The position numbers and the translations under genes are program-made. Below are positions 38,251-50,876 of a stretch of DNA of 64,000 bases, one piece after another (position 1 is the stretch's first letter; the number at the start of each line of letters is the position of its first letter). Source of the stretch: Neocallimastix sp. 'constans'. Lineage: Eukaryota. The notes below the pieces were generated by a model that saw only the letters and a program-made list of their open reading frames with translations, ran no database searches and was not told where the DNA came from. The stretch spans positions 248,001-312,000 of the forward strand of contig JBODTK010000131.1 in NCBI GenBank assembly GCA_050613775.1, given 5' to 3'.

Positions 38251-40710
38251 ATGAATAACCGTGAAAAGAAGAGAAATATAAAATCTGAAGATTATAATAA
38301 TAATGGACATACGTCTAAAAGATTAAAAACTCTAACAAATGATCAAGAAAATGATAAATATATTACTTCTTCTGAAATAAAAGAATTAATAAAGAATTCA
38401 AATTTAAAGAAATTAAAAAATATTTTTAATATTTCAAAGTTTTATGATGATGAATTTATTAAACGTTTACTTTTTCTATATAAAAATAAAACTCCTACCA
38501 AGAATTTAAATTATGAAATTTCTAAAAATAAATATAAAATTAAATTAGATTTTAAAAGATGGTATGATTTTTCCATAATTGATACTTATTTAATTGAAAA
38601 TGGAAATAAAAATTTATTAAAATTTTTAGTAAAACATGGAGTGGATACAAAAAAAATATTTTATAAGGATAATGAAATACTTTTATTTGATGTGTGTGAA
38701 AGTGGAAATAAAGATTTAGTAGAATTCTTAGTAGAAAATGGAGCAGATATAAATGAAGAAAGTGATTATGGTACAACACCATTATTTTATGCATGTGAAA
38801 GTGGAAATAAAGATTTAGTAGAATATTTAGTAGAGCATGGAGCAGATATAAATAAAGAAACTGAAGATGGTGAAACACCATTATTTTATGTCTGTGAAAG
38901 TGAAAAAAAAGATTTAGTAGAATATTTAGTAGAGCATGGAGCAATAATAAATAAAGAAAATGAATATGGTAAAACACCATTATTCAACGCATGTAAAAGC
39001 GGAAATAAAGATTTAGTTGAATATTTGGTAGAACATGGAGCAGTTATAAATAAAGAAATTAAATACTGTGAAACACCATTATTTTATGCCTGTGAAAGTG
39101 GAAATAAAGATTTAGTTGAATATTTAGTAGAACATGGAGCAATTATAAATAAAGAAAATAAAAATGATGAAACACCATTATTCAGCTCATGTAAAAGCGG
39201 AAATAAAGATTTAGTTGAATATTTGGTTGAACATGGAGCAGTTATAAATAAAGAAAATAAAAATGGTGAAAGACCATTATTCAACGCATGTAAAAGCGGA
39301 AATAAAGATTTAGTAGAATACTTAGTAGAAAATGGAGCAGATATAAATAAAGTAAATAAATACGGTAAAACACCACTATTTTATGCCTGTGAAAGTGGCA
39401 ATAAAGATTTAGTTGAATATTTAGCTGAACTTGGAGCAGATATAAATAAAGAAAATAAATATTGTGAAACACCATTATTTTATGCCTGTAAAAGTGGAAA
39501 TAAAGATTTAGTTGAATATTTAGCTGAACTTGGAGCAGATATAAATAAAGAAAATAAATATTGTGAAACACCATTATTTTATGCCTGTAAAAGTGGAAAT
39601 AAAGATTTAGTTGAATATTTAATTAAACATGAAGCAGTTATAAATATGGAAGGTGAATATGGTATAACACCATTATTAATAGCAATTATTAATAAAAATA
39701 AAGATTTAGTAGAATACTTAGTAGAAAATGGTGCAGATATAAATAAAGAAAATGAAGATGGTGAAACACCATTATTTAAGGCAATTGGATATAAAAATAA
39801 AGATTTAGTAGAAATATTAGTAGAAAATGGAGCAAATATAAATAAAAAAAATAAAGATGGTGAAACACCATTATTTAAGGCCTGTGAAACTAAAAAAAAA
39901 AAATTAGTAGAATACTTAGTAGAAAATGGAGCAGATATAAATAAAGAAAATAAATATGGTAGAACACCATTATTTAAGGCCTGTGAAAGTGGAAAAAAAG
40001 ACTTAGTTGAATATTTGGTAGAACAAGGAGCAGATATAAATAAAGAAAATAGAGATGGTGAAACACCATTATTTAATGCCTGTGAATTAGAAGATAATGA
40101 TATAATAGAAATATTAATAGAAAATGGAGCAGATATAAATAAAGAAAATAGAGATGGTGAAACACCATTATTAATAGCAATTATTAATGAAAATAAAGAT
40201 TTAGTAGAATACTTAGTAGAAAATGGTGCAGATATAAATAAAGAAGATAAAAGTGGTGAAACACCATTATTAATAGCAATTAGCAGTGGAAATAAAGAAT
40301 TACTAGAATACTTGGTAGAAAATGGTTCAGATATAAATAAAGAAAATAAAGATGGTGAAACACCATTATTAATAGCAATTAGAAGTGAAAATATAGATTT
40401 ATTAGAATACCTAGTAGAAAATGGAGTAGATATAAATAAAGAAGATAGAAATGGTGAAACGCCATTATTTATAGCAATTGAATTAGGAGCAAAAGATTTT
40501 GTAGAATTCTTAGTTGAACATGGAGCAGATATAAATAGGGAAAATAAATTTGGTGAAACACCATTATTAATAGCAATTAGCGATGAAAAAAAAGAATTAC
40601 TAGAATACTTAATAGAAAAAGGAGCAAATATAAATAAAAAAAATAGAAATGGTGAAACACCATTTTTAAAAGCAATTGAATTAGGAGCAAAAGATTTGCA
40701 GAATACTTAG
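38251..40710 (+). CDS. Ankyrin-repeat protein (about 21 repeats of 33 aa); ends at a frameshift, with decayed repeats continuing to ~41165
   Basis: GETPLFxAC.SGNKDLVEYLVEHGADINKE repeats throughout. Confidence 0.93.
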   Translation: MNNREKKRNIKSEDYNNNGHTSKRLKTLTNDQENDKYITSSEIKELIKNSNLKKLKNIFNISKFYDDEFIKRLLFLYKNKTPTKNLNYEISKNKYKIKLDFKRWYDFSIIDTYLIENGNKNLLKFLVKHGVDTKKIFYKDNEILLFDVCESGNKDLVEFLVENGADINEESDYGTTPLFYACESGNKDLVEYLVEHGADINKETEDGETPLFYVCESEKKDLVEYLVEHGAIINKENEYGKTPLFNACKSGNKDLVEYLVEHGAVINKEIKYCETPLFYACESGNKDLVEYLVEHGAIINKENKNDETPLFSSCKSGNKDLVEYLVEHGAVINKENKNGERPLFNACKSGNKDLVEYLVENGADINKVNKYGKTPLFYACESGNKDLVEYLAELGADINKENKYCETPLFYACKSGNKDLVEYLAELGADINKENKYCETPLFYACKSGNKDLVEYLIKHEAVINMEGEYGITPLLIAIINKNKDLVEYLVENGADINKENEDGETPLFKAIGYKNKDLVEILVENGANINKKNKDGETPLFKACETKKKKLVEYLVENGADINKENKYGRTPLFKACESGKKDLVEYLVEQGADINKENRDGETPLFNACELEDNDIIEILIENGADINKENRDGETPLLIAIINENKDLVEYLVENGADINKEDKSGETPLLIAISSGNKELLEYLVENGSDINKENKDGETPLLIAIRSENIDLLEYLVENGVDINKEDRNGETPLFIAIELGAKDFVEFLVEHGADINRENKFGETPLLIAISDEKKELLEYLIEKGANINKKNRNGETPFLKAIELGAKDLQNT

Positions 40711-41237
40711 TAGAAAATGGATCAAATATAAATAAAAAAAAATAAATGTGGTGAAATACCATTATTTAAAGTCTCGCAATGTGGTAAAAACGATTTAGTT
40801 GAATATTTAGAAAAACATGGAGCATATATATACATGGAAGATAAAAATGGTAAAACAATGGAAGTGTAAATAGAAATTTTGTGGAATTCTTCATAGAACA
40901 TGGAGTAGATATAATTCACGAAAATAAATTTAAGAAAATAAATATGGAAGAATATAATTAATTTAAGTATGTGAAAGTGGAAAATAAGATTTAATAGAAT
41001 ATTTAAAAAAAAGATATGAAGCCTAAATGGATATAACAGTTAATATTCTATATATTTAAGGCCAGTAAAAGTAATAAAAAAGAATTAGGAGAATATTTAA
41101 TAAAGCATGGTGTAGATGTAAATAAAAAAAAATGAATTTGTGAGAATCCCATTAAATTATGTAAGTATAATAAAAAAAATTTTATACAATAATTGATTAT
41201 TAAAATAAAAAATTTAAAAAATTTAAAAATTAAAATA

Positions 41238-41282
<45 letters not shown>

Positions 41283-41301
41283 CAAATAAATTATAAATTT
41301 T

Positions 41302-41336
<35 letters not shown>

Positions 41337-41468
41337 TATTTTTTATTTTTATATAAATTAATATTTAATTATTATTTAATAAATCGATTTTAAAATTAGT
41401 AAAAAAAAAAATAAATAAATAAAAAATAAAATTAATAAATAAATATAAAATTGAAATATGGATTAAAA

Positions 41469-41502
<34 letters not shown>

Positions 41503-41531
41503 TTTTTTATTTAAGATAGTTATAAATTTTA

Positions 41532-42523
41532 AAAGGTAGAATTTTTTTTTTTTCCTAATTGTAAATTTTACGAAGCGGATATAGATTAGATGCTAGAATT
41601 GCTAAAGCTGCAAAAATAATAGATTAAATGTGTCCTAATTTTTGTCCCTGTTGTAAAAGTAATAAACAATGGATAAGGCATTGGTTAATTGGTTATTCAT
41701 TTTTCAATCATATTCGTAGTAAAGTTAATGATAAAATTTTATTTTTATTTAATGCTTTTAACGGTAGCAACCTAACAAATGATATTGTTAATTGTAATAA
41801 TGATAATAGCAACAGTAATAATAGTAATAGTAATAATAGTATTAGTAATAATAATAATAGTAATAATAGTATTAGTAATAATAGTAATAGTAATAATATT
41901 TATAGTAATATTAGTAATAGTATTATTAGTAATAGTATTATTAGTAATGTAAGTAATAGTATTGAAAATAATGTGTATGTTGATTCTAGTGTATATGAAA
42001 AAGTGTTTAATTTCCTTCTTGGAGGCAGAAGTATTAATAACAATACAAGGGAATGGAAGGATCTATTTAAGCGCCGATGAAATCAGGTACTTATTCTGAT
42101 ACGCCATTCTTGGTGGTTACTGCGGCTCTTCTTCAATCGATTATACCTATTGCTATTGGCCAGTAATGGTCTTTATTCAATAGGTTCAAATCGAATCGTA
42201 CTACTACTACCAAGAGCGTCAATGCTGAAGAAACAGTAAGACAGGCCAGCAGAGTTAGTGCAACCAATGAAGATCATAATTTTGTATCTTAAAATAATGA
42301 TTAACATTGTGAAGTCAAAATTAATTATTATACTACAGTATAATAATGCCCTTGTGAAATCTAACAAATATTAAATAAAAGAAACTAGAATATATTATAC
42401 CATTATTTTTGTTTTTTGTTTTTTGTTTTTGTTTTGTTTATTTTTTTATCTTTTTTTTCTTTTTATTACATGTTTTTTTTTTAATATTTAAATAATAAAG
42501 ATGAAACAAGTTTGCTGCCGTTA

Positions 42524-42546
<23 letters not shown>
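41532..42546 (+). mobile_element. 5'-truncated non-LTR retrotransposon (LINE) 3' end with a poly(A) tail
   Basis: LRSGYR...CPCCK..HWLIG resembles the C-terminal Zn-finger region of LINE ORF2. Poly(A) at ~42523-42546. Candidate TSD TTATAAATTTTA at 41520-41531 and 42547-42558. Confidence 0.75.
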
Positions 42547-42554
<8 letters not shown>

Positions 42555-42919
42555 TTTATTTTTATATAAAATTTTTTTTTTAATTATTAATTATGAAATA
42601 GAAATAAAAAAAAATATAGGTAATGTAAATAAATATTAAGTATTAATTATTTTTAAATAGTAATAATAATAAGAATAAGAATAATAAAAATAAGAATAAG
42701 AATAAGAATAAGAATTTTTATTTAATTGAATTTATATTTCCTTCCTAAATATTTTTTTTTTTTTTATTTTTTTGTTAATATCTATTGATGAATATTCTTA
42801 TAAATTTATTTTTATTATTTATTTTTTTTTTTTTTTATTATTATTATTTCATTTTTTTTTTCTTTTCGTCTTTTTTTTTTTTTTTTTTTTACAATAATAT
42901 ATTATTTTTTTTATATATA

Positions 42920-43110
42920 ATTTAAAGATTGATCTATTTCTGAAGTATTCTTTTAAATTTTTATATCATCTTTGTGTGTCGAAAATTATTTCTCTTAATA
43001 TCATTTTTCATCTACTATTAATTTATTTTCTTTTTGATAGAATATTCCAACAATAATTTAAATAATTCTTTTATAATTACATGTATTTATTGCTTGAACT
43101 ATTTGAAGTA
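42920..43110 (-). pseudogene. Remnant of the 8432-type ankyrin gene family
   Basis: Resembles ~8915-9060 (atttctgaa..tattc; tatcattt..catc; gaatattcca.ca..aatttaaa). Confidence 0.55.
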
Positions 43111-43199
43111 CTTTTTTTTTTATTTTTTAATTATTTTTTTTCTATTTCGTAAAAAATTATATTATTTTTTATAAGTATAATCTATTAAATATTAAGAAA

Positions 43200-43830
43200 T
43201 ATAAAAATATATATTTTAAATAAATAATAGCTTTTATAACTATCAATTATAATTATTAAAAAAAAATAAAATAAGAGTGGAAATAAAAATTTAGTAGTAT
43301 ACTTAATAGACAATGGTGTAGATATAAATAAAAAAATAGAGATGGTAAAGCACCATTATTTAAGGCCTGTGAAAGTGGAAAAAAAGATTTAATAGAATAC
43401 TTAGTAGTAAAACATAAAATAGATATAAATAAAGAAACTAAAAATGATAAAACACCATTATTAAATGCAATTAGAAGTGAAAATAAAGATTTAGTAGAAT
43501 ACTTAATAGAAAATGGAGCAGATATAAATAAAGAAAATGAATATGATGAAATACACCATTATTTAATGGGAGTCGAAAAGGAAATAAAGATCTTGTAGAG
43601 GGCTTAGTGGAACATGGAGCAGATACAAATATAAAAATGGTATAACTTCATTATTTTATGCGTATGAAAGTAGAAATAAAGATTTAATTGAATATTTAAT
43701 AGAACACGGAGCAGTTATAAATATATAGAAAATAAAGATGGTGAAACACTATTATTATAAATAATACTATATTTCTTTATTTAAAGTAATTAAAAGTGGA
43801 AATAAAGATTTAGTTGAATATTTAGTATAA
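43200..43830 (+). pseudogene. Internally deleted, decayed paralogue of the 38251 ankyrin gene, including its upstream sequence
   Basis: 43200-43260 matches ~38120-38175 and is followed by frameshifted ankyrin repeats. Confidence 0.85.
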
Positions 43831-44419
43831 CTAAATAAATAAAAAAAATTGTTTTAATAAACAAAAAAAAAAAAAAAAAGCAAAAAAAATTTTTTTATTT
43901 GCATTTTCTTTTTAATTGAAATTTTTCTAATTTTAATAATTAAATAAAAAATAAATAAATTATATAAAATTTTAAAATAAATTTTATAATAAATTAAATA
44001 AACATTAAAATAATTTACATTATTAAACATTAATTTAGTAATTGAGATTTATTTTAAAAAAAAAAATAAATAAATAAAAAATAAAATAAAGTATAATAGC
44101 ATATTTTATACTTTTTTTATTTTTATTTTTTTTTTAATAATGTTCCTTATAAATGTCTCTTTCCAGGGTAGTGAATTAAAGCTAGTTTCAGTATATTTAT
44201 TTTTATTTTAACTAAAACTATAGTTCTACCAAAAAGAAATATCAATAATCATAATAAAAAAAATAATAATAAAACTAATAAAAATAATAAATTAACTTAA
44301 ATTTTATTAAATATATTTTTTGATAAAAAAATTTTTTTCTTTTATAAATTTATTTCTTTATTTTTATTATATGTTTTAATTTTTTTTTTGGAGTATTATT
44401 AATTCATGCGTTAATTATG

Positions 44420-44711
44420 TTATTAATTAATATATAAATAACCATAAAAACTTTAATTATTAATAAAATTATTTTATTACTCATTCACATAAAAATAAAT
44501 TAATAATACAATAATTAATTCATTTGATTAATTATCACTTGATTTATAAGTTGATATGAAAATAACATGATACAAAATAAATTTATGTATTATTATAAAT
44601 TTTATACAAACACATAAATTTTATGTTATGTAAATATAAATAATTTAAAAATGTAGAAAAGTTTTTTTTTCGAGTGTGTGTGTGTCATTTGGCAAAATTT
44701 TAATAAATAGA
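44420..44711 (-). mobile_element. Diverged reverse copy of the TCTATT/CGAAATG repeat
   Basis: The minus strand reads a|tctatttattaaaattttgccaaatgacacacac...attttattaataattaaagtttttat. Confidence 0.7.
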
Positions 44712-45045
44712 TAAATAAATAATAAAATAAATAAAATAAATAAAATAAAAAATAAAAATAAAAAAATAAAAAATAAAAAATAAAAAAATAAAAAAATAAA
44801 AAAATAAAAAATAAAAAAATAAAAAATAAAAAATAAAAAAATAAAAAATAAAAAAATAAAAAAATAAAAAATAAAAAATAAAAAAATAAAAAAATAAAAA
44901 AATAAAAAAATAAAAAAATAAAAAATAAAAAAATAAAAAATAAAAATTAAAAAATTAAAAAATAAAAAAATAAAAAATAAAAAAATAAAAAAATAAAAAA
45001 ATAAAAAATAAAAAAATAAAAAAAAATAAAAAAATAAAAAAAATA
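44712..45045. repeat. (A5-7T)n microsatellite
   Basis: Directly visible in the sequence. Confidence 0.95.
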
Positions 45046-46391
45046 GATAACACCTAAAATCATTTTAATTTTGTGCTACTTTTAACTTCCTTTTTTTTTA
45101 AATGTTCTCATCTTTTTTTTTTTTTTTTTTTTTTTACTGGATTTTATAAATATTTTTACTGAATTTATAAATATTTCTTTTATTAAAAAAATTTATTAGT
45201 AATTTAAGATTTTTTTAATATACTGCGCAAAGACTTAAAAGGTGTAAAATGATCAATTAATTATTTAGATATTATTTTTTAATCTTTATAATAATTATTT
45301 TTAATTATTTTTAATTTTAATAGTTATATTTTTAATTATTATCCTTTACATCTTTTAAATTATTAATACTTATTTATATATATATATAAAATTATTATTA
45401 ATCATATATATTTATTGAAATATTATAAAACGTTTAAAATGTATGATAAAATATTTTATTTTTTTAAAGCTTTAATTCTAATGAATATTTATTATTATAT
45501 AATGTTATTTTATATATTTTTTTTCTTTTTTCTAAAAACTTAATTTTAAATTTATTTATTTATTTATTATAGTTTTATTTATTTATTTTTATTTATTTAG
45601 CTATTTATTTAAATTATATACATTATTTATTTGTTTTATTATTAATTTATTTATTTATTAACTTTTTAAAAAAATTTTGCGAAATGAAACTTTTCCAAAA
45701 TGAAATCTTGCACCTCCCCCTTTATTTTCATTTTAATTATTTTATTTTATTATATTTTTATTATATCCTTATATGTTATAATTATTATAAATATTTTATC
45801 ATTTATATTACTCTTTTTATAATATTTAATTAGATAATTAATTCCTATTATTTTAAAATAGTTTATAACTAAATAGTATTATATGAAGAATACTTATTTA
45901 TATGTTTATTCTTTGTAACAGCGTTTTTATCATTTTAAATATTTATTTTTATTATATGAAACTCATTTAATGATATTAGCAATATGAACTTATAAAAAAG
46001 AATAAATACATAAATGAATAAAATTATATTAATACATAACATAAATAATTTATAGACCTTTTCCCAAGAAGAGATAAAACGAACCAGAGTTATATCATAG
46101 AGTAATTAATAATAATATTACCTTTAAAAAAAAATAAATATTCATAAGAAAAAAAATAAAGAACATCTTTATTAAATAAAAAAAAAAACTATTATTCCAA
46201 TAAATATTATATATTATTTGATCCTATCTTATTAATATTTTATTTTATTGAATAATATTTTAAATTTTTTATTCAATAATTTATTTCCTTTTTATGGTAT
46301 AAAAAAGTTATTTGAATAGTAATAATAATTAATAAAAATAAATAATGAATTAAATACTTTATATGGTTAGGACTTCACACATTCTTTCATT

Positions 46392-46682
46392 GAATTAGTG
46401 TGTTTCGCAATCCTGCATTTCACAACGTGGCGTACTTTGTATGTGACTTGCTTATTCAATAATTAAATAAATAATAAATATTCTTTTTTTTTATATATAT
46501 AATTTATTAATATTCAATTATAAAAATAATTTTTTATAATTCATTTTTAATAGAATATATTATTATTTCTTTTGAAATAATAATAATTTAAATATTTTTT
46601 TATGATAATATAAAATATCTTAAAAATGTATGGCTTTATTTTAAATTACTTATAAGCCACATTGCGAAATGCACTACATTTC
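46392..46682. mobile_element. Putative MITE with imperfect terminal inverted repeats
   Basis: Left gcatttcacaacgtggc matches the right-end reverse complement gcatttcgcaatgtggc. The interior is almost pure AT. No TSD found. Confidence 0.5.
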
Positions 46683-47120
46683 ATACTTAATCAGTAACCC
46701 TAATCATCATATTTCGTAAAAAAAAAAAACCTCTTGTGAGGAAAAACCTGGAAAATGGGTCAAATAGGGCGAGATCGAACCAAGAAAACTTATGTATGTA
46801 TGATAGTCCATAGTCTAAGAACCAGGAAAGATAGAACCTCGGATTCGTATATAATAAAACAAAAGAAGTAGCAACTTTAAAATAGATGGTTTGTGGTGTA
46901 GGTGTCCACAAAACCCTCCCTTAAAAATACAGAAAGTTTTCTCTTTTATGAGAATTACTCTCCTTATAATAGATTCTGTAAGCGGAACTAGACTACTGTT
47001 AGTTATTTGTGTTTGAAACATATATAATAGGAACTACTAATAATATGGCTCCTAAGTCATATTGATACTATTGTAGGAGCAAGATTTAAATAATAAATAA
47101 TAAAATAAAAAAGGGATACT

Positions 47121-47154
<34 letters not shown>

Positions 47155-48122
47155 GAAAAAGAAAAAGAAAAAGAAAAGGATATCAAAAAAAAAAATGGAA
47201 AATAAAGAATAAGACTTTAAAAAAAAAAATACAATACTTAGCCTAACATAGTCATTGCAATTACTAAAAATAAAAATAATATTTTTATACATATAAAAGT
47301 TATAAAATAAAATGAAATAAAATAAAATAAAATAGTTTAAAATATAACATTATAAAATATAGATTTTAAAATAAAAAATACTTATATAATTATATATAAA
47401 AGTTTATTAGAATTATATTTATAAATCAAATGTATTATTAACCAAAATAATTCTTAAATAAATAAAAAAAAAAATATAATAAAAAAATAATAAAAATAAA
47501 AAAAAAAATAAAAAAAATAAAAAAATATATATATATAAATATATATATTATATCCAAGTTTTCAAACAATTTCTTTTACGAAATATTATTTATAAAAATA
47601 TAAATATAAAAAATATTTTAATGCCAATAAACTATTTCTTCGTACTATGGAATCGATTTTACATTGAGAGTAAATTCCCCCTACTTATAGTTGAAATTTC
47701 CAATTTATTATAAATTAAAGATAAATTATGTCCCTTTCAGGGAAATACTAATGAAGATGGGGATACAAATAATTAGAGATTAAAAATAGGAAAAAAATAA
47801 TAATAATGAAAGTAATATATTATATATATTATATATATTTTAATTATTGTAATTCTAATACTATTATATTGTTTATAATTAAAAAAAAATAATACACACG
47901 AAACTAAAAAAAAAAAAATTAATGAAAATCAATAATCAAATTATAAAAAATTTTAAAATTTATAAATAATTTTATTTGATTATATAAAATTTTCTTAAAA
48001 AATTATTAATTAAATTATAACTTTAATTTTAAATTAATTATTTTTGTATAATATCAATTATTTTTATATATGTTATCAAATTTCAATTAATAGATTTCAA
48101 AAGTTAATAATAGATTTAAAAA

Positions 48123-48166
<44 letters not shown>

Positions 48167-48334
48167 TAAAGAAATATTAAATTATTAAGTTATAATAATA
48201 GATTAAAATATTGATAATAAATTAAATAAATTAAAATATTACTACAAATTTAATGTAAAAAAAAAAAATTTTTTTTACGTTAAAAATTTAAAATTATTAA
48301 AAAAAGCTATAAATTGTAATAACACCTATTTTTA

Positions 48335-48365
<31 letters not shown>

Positions 48366-48380
48366 TTTTAATTAATAGAT

Positions 48381-50844
48381 TTACCAACATTTTCCATAAT
48401 GGGATTGACATCCAGAACTCTTTTTACAATACTTTGTGGAAGTACCACAGTAACCATACTTACTACAGCATTCACCATGAAGACATTTGCCATAATTTTT
48501 ACCACATCTTCCATTATTAGATTTACTAATAGCTTTCTTAGTAGTGGTCTTAGTAATGGTCTTCTTTGCTATGCAGGTTCCAAATTCTGATTGACAGCCT
48601 TCACTTATATTACAGTATTTACTAGAAATTCCACACCAACCATATTTACTACAGCATTCACCTTTTGGACATTTACCATATTTACTACCACATCTTCCAT
48701 TAGTACTAATAACTTCATTACATTTACCAAATTCTGATTGACAACCTGCTCCACAGTACTTTTCACTCTTGCTACACTAACCATACTTACTAAAGCAGTA
48801 TCATTCGATACATCTACCAAAACCTTTACCACATCTGTCAGTGTTTCCTTCAATTTCACTTTTACAAGTACCATAGTCAGATTGGCAACCCTTATCTATC
48901 TTTCAATATTTATCAGATTTTCCACACCAACCATACTTACTACAACAGTATCCTTCAGCACAGCTACCTATACCTTTACCGCATTGTTCTGGAATTATCG
49001 TTCTGGAAGTATCAGTACATTCACCATATAGAGGTTGGCAACCATTCTTGACATCGCAATACTTCTCAGATTTTCCACACCATCCATACTTGCTACAGCA
49101 TAAACCTTCTGCATAGCTACCAATTCCTTCACCACATTTCCATGGATCACGAGTTTGCTGATCTTCTTCTTCACTTGGTTGATCTTCTCCTTCATTTGGT
49201 GGTTTTTTTTCAGTTGGTTGTCTTTCAGTTGGTTGTCTTTCAGTAGGTTGATCTTCTTCTTCAGTTGAATCTTCATTTTCTTCTTCTTTTTCCTTATTTT
49301 CTTCTTCATTTTCTACTTCTTCTTCTTTATTTTCTTCTTTTTCTTCTTCTTCCTTACTTTCTTCTTCTTCTTCATTTTCTTCCTCTTCTTCTTCATTTTC
49401 TTCTTCATTTTCTTCTTCTTCCTCTTCTTCTTTTTCTTCTTCTTCATTATTTTCTTCTTCTTCATTTTCTTCTTCTTTTTCTTCTTCTTCCTTATTTTCT
49501 TCTTCTTCATTATTTTCTTCTTCTTCTTCTTCATTTTCTTCTTCTTTTTCTTCTTCTTCCTTACTTTCTTCTTCTTCATTATTTTCTTCTTCTTCATTAT
49601 TTTCTTCTTCCTCTTCCTCTTCTTCCTTATTTTCTTCTTCTTCCTCTTCTTCATTTTCTTCCTCTTCATTTTCTTCCTCTTCTTCTTCATTTTCTTCTTC
49701 TTTTTCTTCTTCCTTTTCTTCTTCTTCTTCTTTTTCTTCTTCTTCATTATTTTCTTCTTCTTCATTATTTTCTTCTTCTTCTTTATTTTCTTCTTCTTCT
49801 TCTTCCTCTTCTTCCTTTTCTTGTTCTTCCTCTTCATTTTCTTCTTCTTTTTCTTCTTCTTCCTTACTTTCTTCTTCTTCATTGTTTTCTTCTTCTTCTT
49901 CTTTTTCTTCTTCTTCCTATTCATTTTCTTCTTCATTTTCTTTTTCATTTTCTTCTTCTTCTTCTTTTTCTTCTTCTTCCTTACTTTCTTCTTCTTCATT
50001 ATTTTCTTCTTCTTCTTCTTCTTTTTCTTCTTCTTCCTATTCATTTTCTTCTTCATTTTCTTTTTCATTTTCTTCTTCTTCTTCCTTTTCTTGTTCTTCC
50101 TATTCATTTTCTTCTTCATTTTCTTTTTCATTTTCTTCTTCATTTCTTTCTTCTTCTTCATTTTCTTCTTCTTTTTCTTCTTCTTCATTTTCTTCTTCTT
50201 TTTCTTCTTCTTCTTTTTCTTCTTCTTCTTTTTCTTCTTCTTCTTTTTCTTCTTCTTCCTTTTCTTCTTCTTCTTCTTCTTCTTCTTCTTTTTCTTCTTC
50301 TTCCTTTTCTTCTTCTTCCTTTTCTTCTTCTTCCTTTTCTTCTTCTTCTTGTTCTTCCTATTCATTTTCTTCTTCATTTCTTTCTTCTTCTTCATTTTCT
50401 TCTTCTTCTTCTTTTTCTTCTTCTTCCTTACTTTCTTCTTCTTCATTATTTTCTTCTTCTTCTTCTTCTTCTTCATTTTCTTCTTCTTCTTCTTCTTCTT
50501 CCTTTTCTTCTTCTTCTTGTTCTTCCTATTCATTTTCTTCTTCATTTCTTTCTTCTTCTTCATTTCTTTCTTCTTCTTCATTTTCTTCTTCTTCTTCTTT
50601 TTCTTCTTCTTCTTCTTTCTTCTTCTTCATTTTCTTCTTCTTCTTCTTCATTTTCTTCTTCTTCTTCTTCTTCCTTTTCTTCTTCTTCTTGTTCTTCCTA
50701 TTCATTTTCTTCTTCATTTTCTTTTTCACTTTCTTCTTCATTTCTTTCTTCTTCTTCATTTTCTTCTTCTTCTTCTTTCTTCTTCTTCATTTTCTTCTTC
50801 TTCTTCTTTCTTCTTCTTCATTTTCTTCTTCTTCTTCGTCATTT

Positions 50845-50876
<32 letters not shown>

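Noticed and set aside
44150..44190. Possible Helitron 3' end (CTAG|T at ~44182)
   Set aside because: There is no convincing GC-rich hairpin, and the orientation is wrong for the adjacent minus-strand repeat copy.
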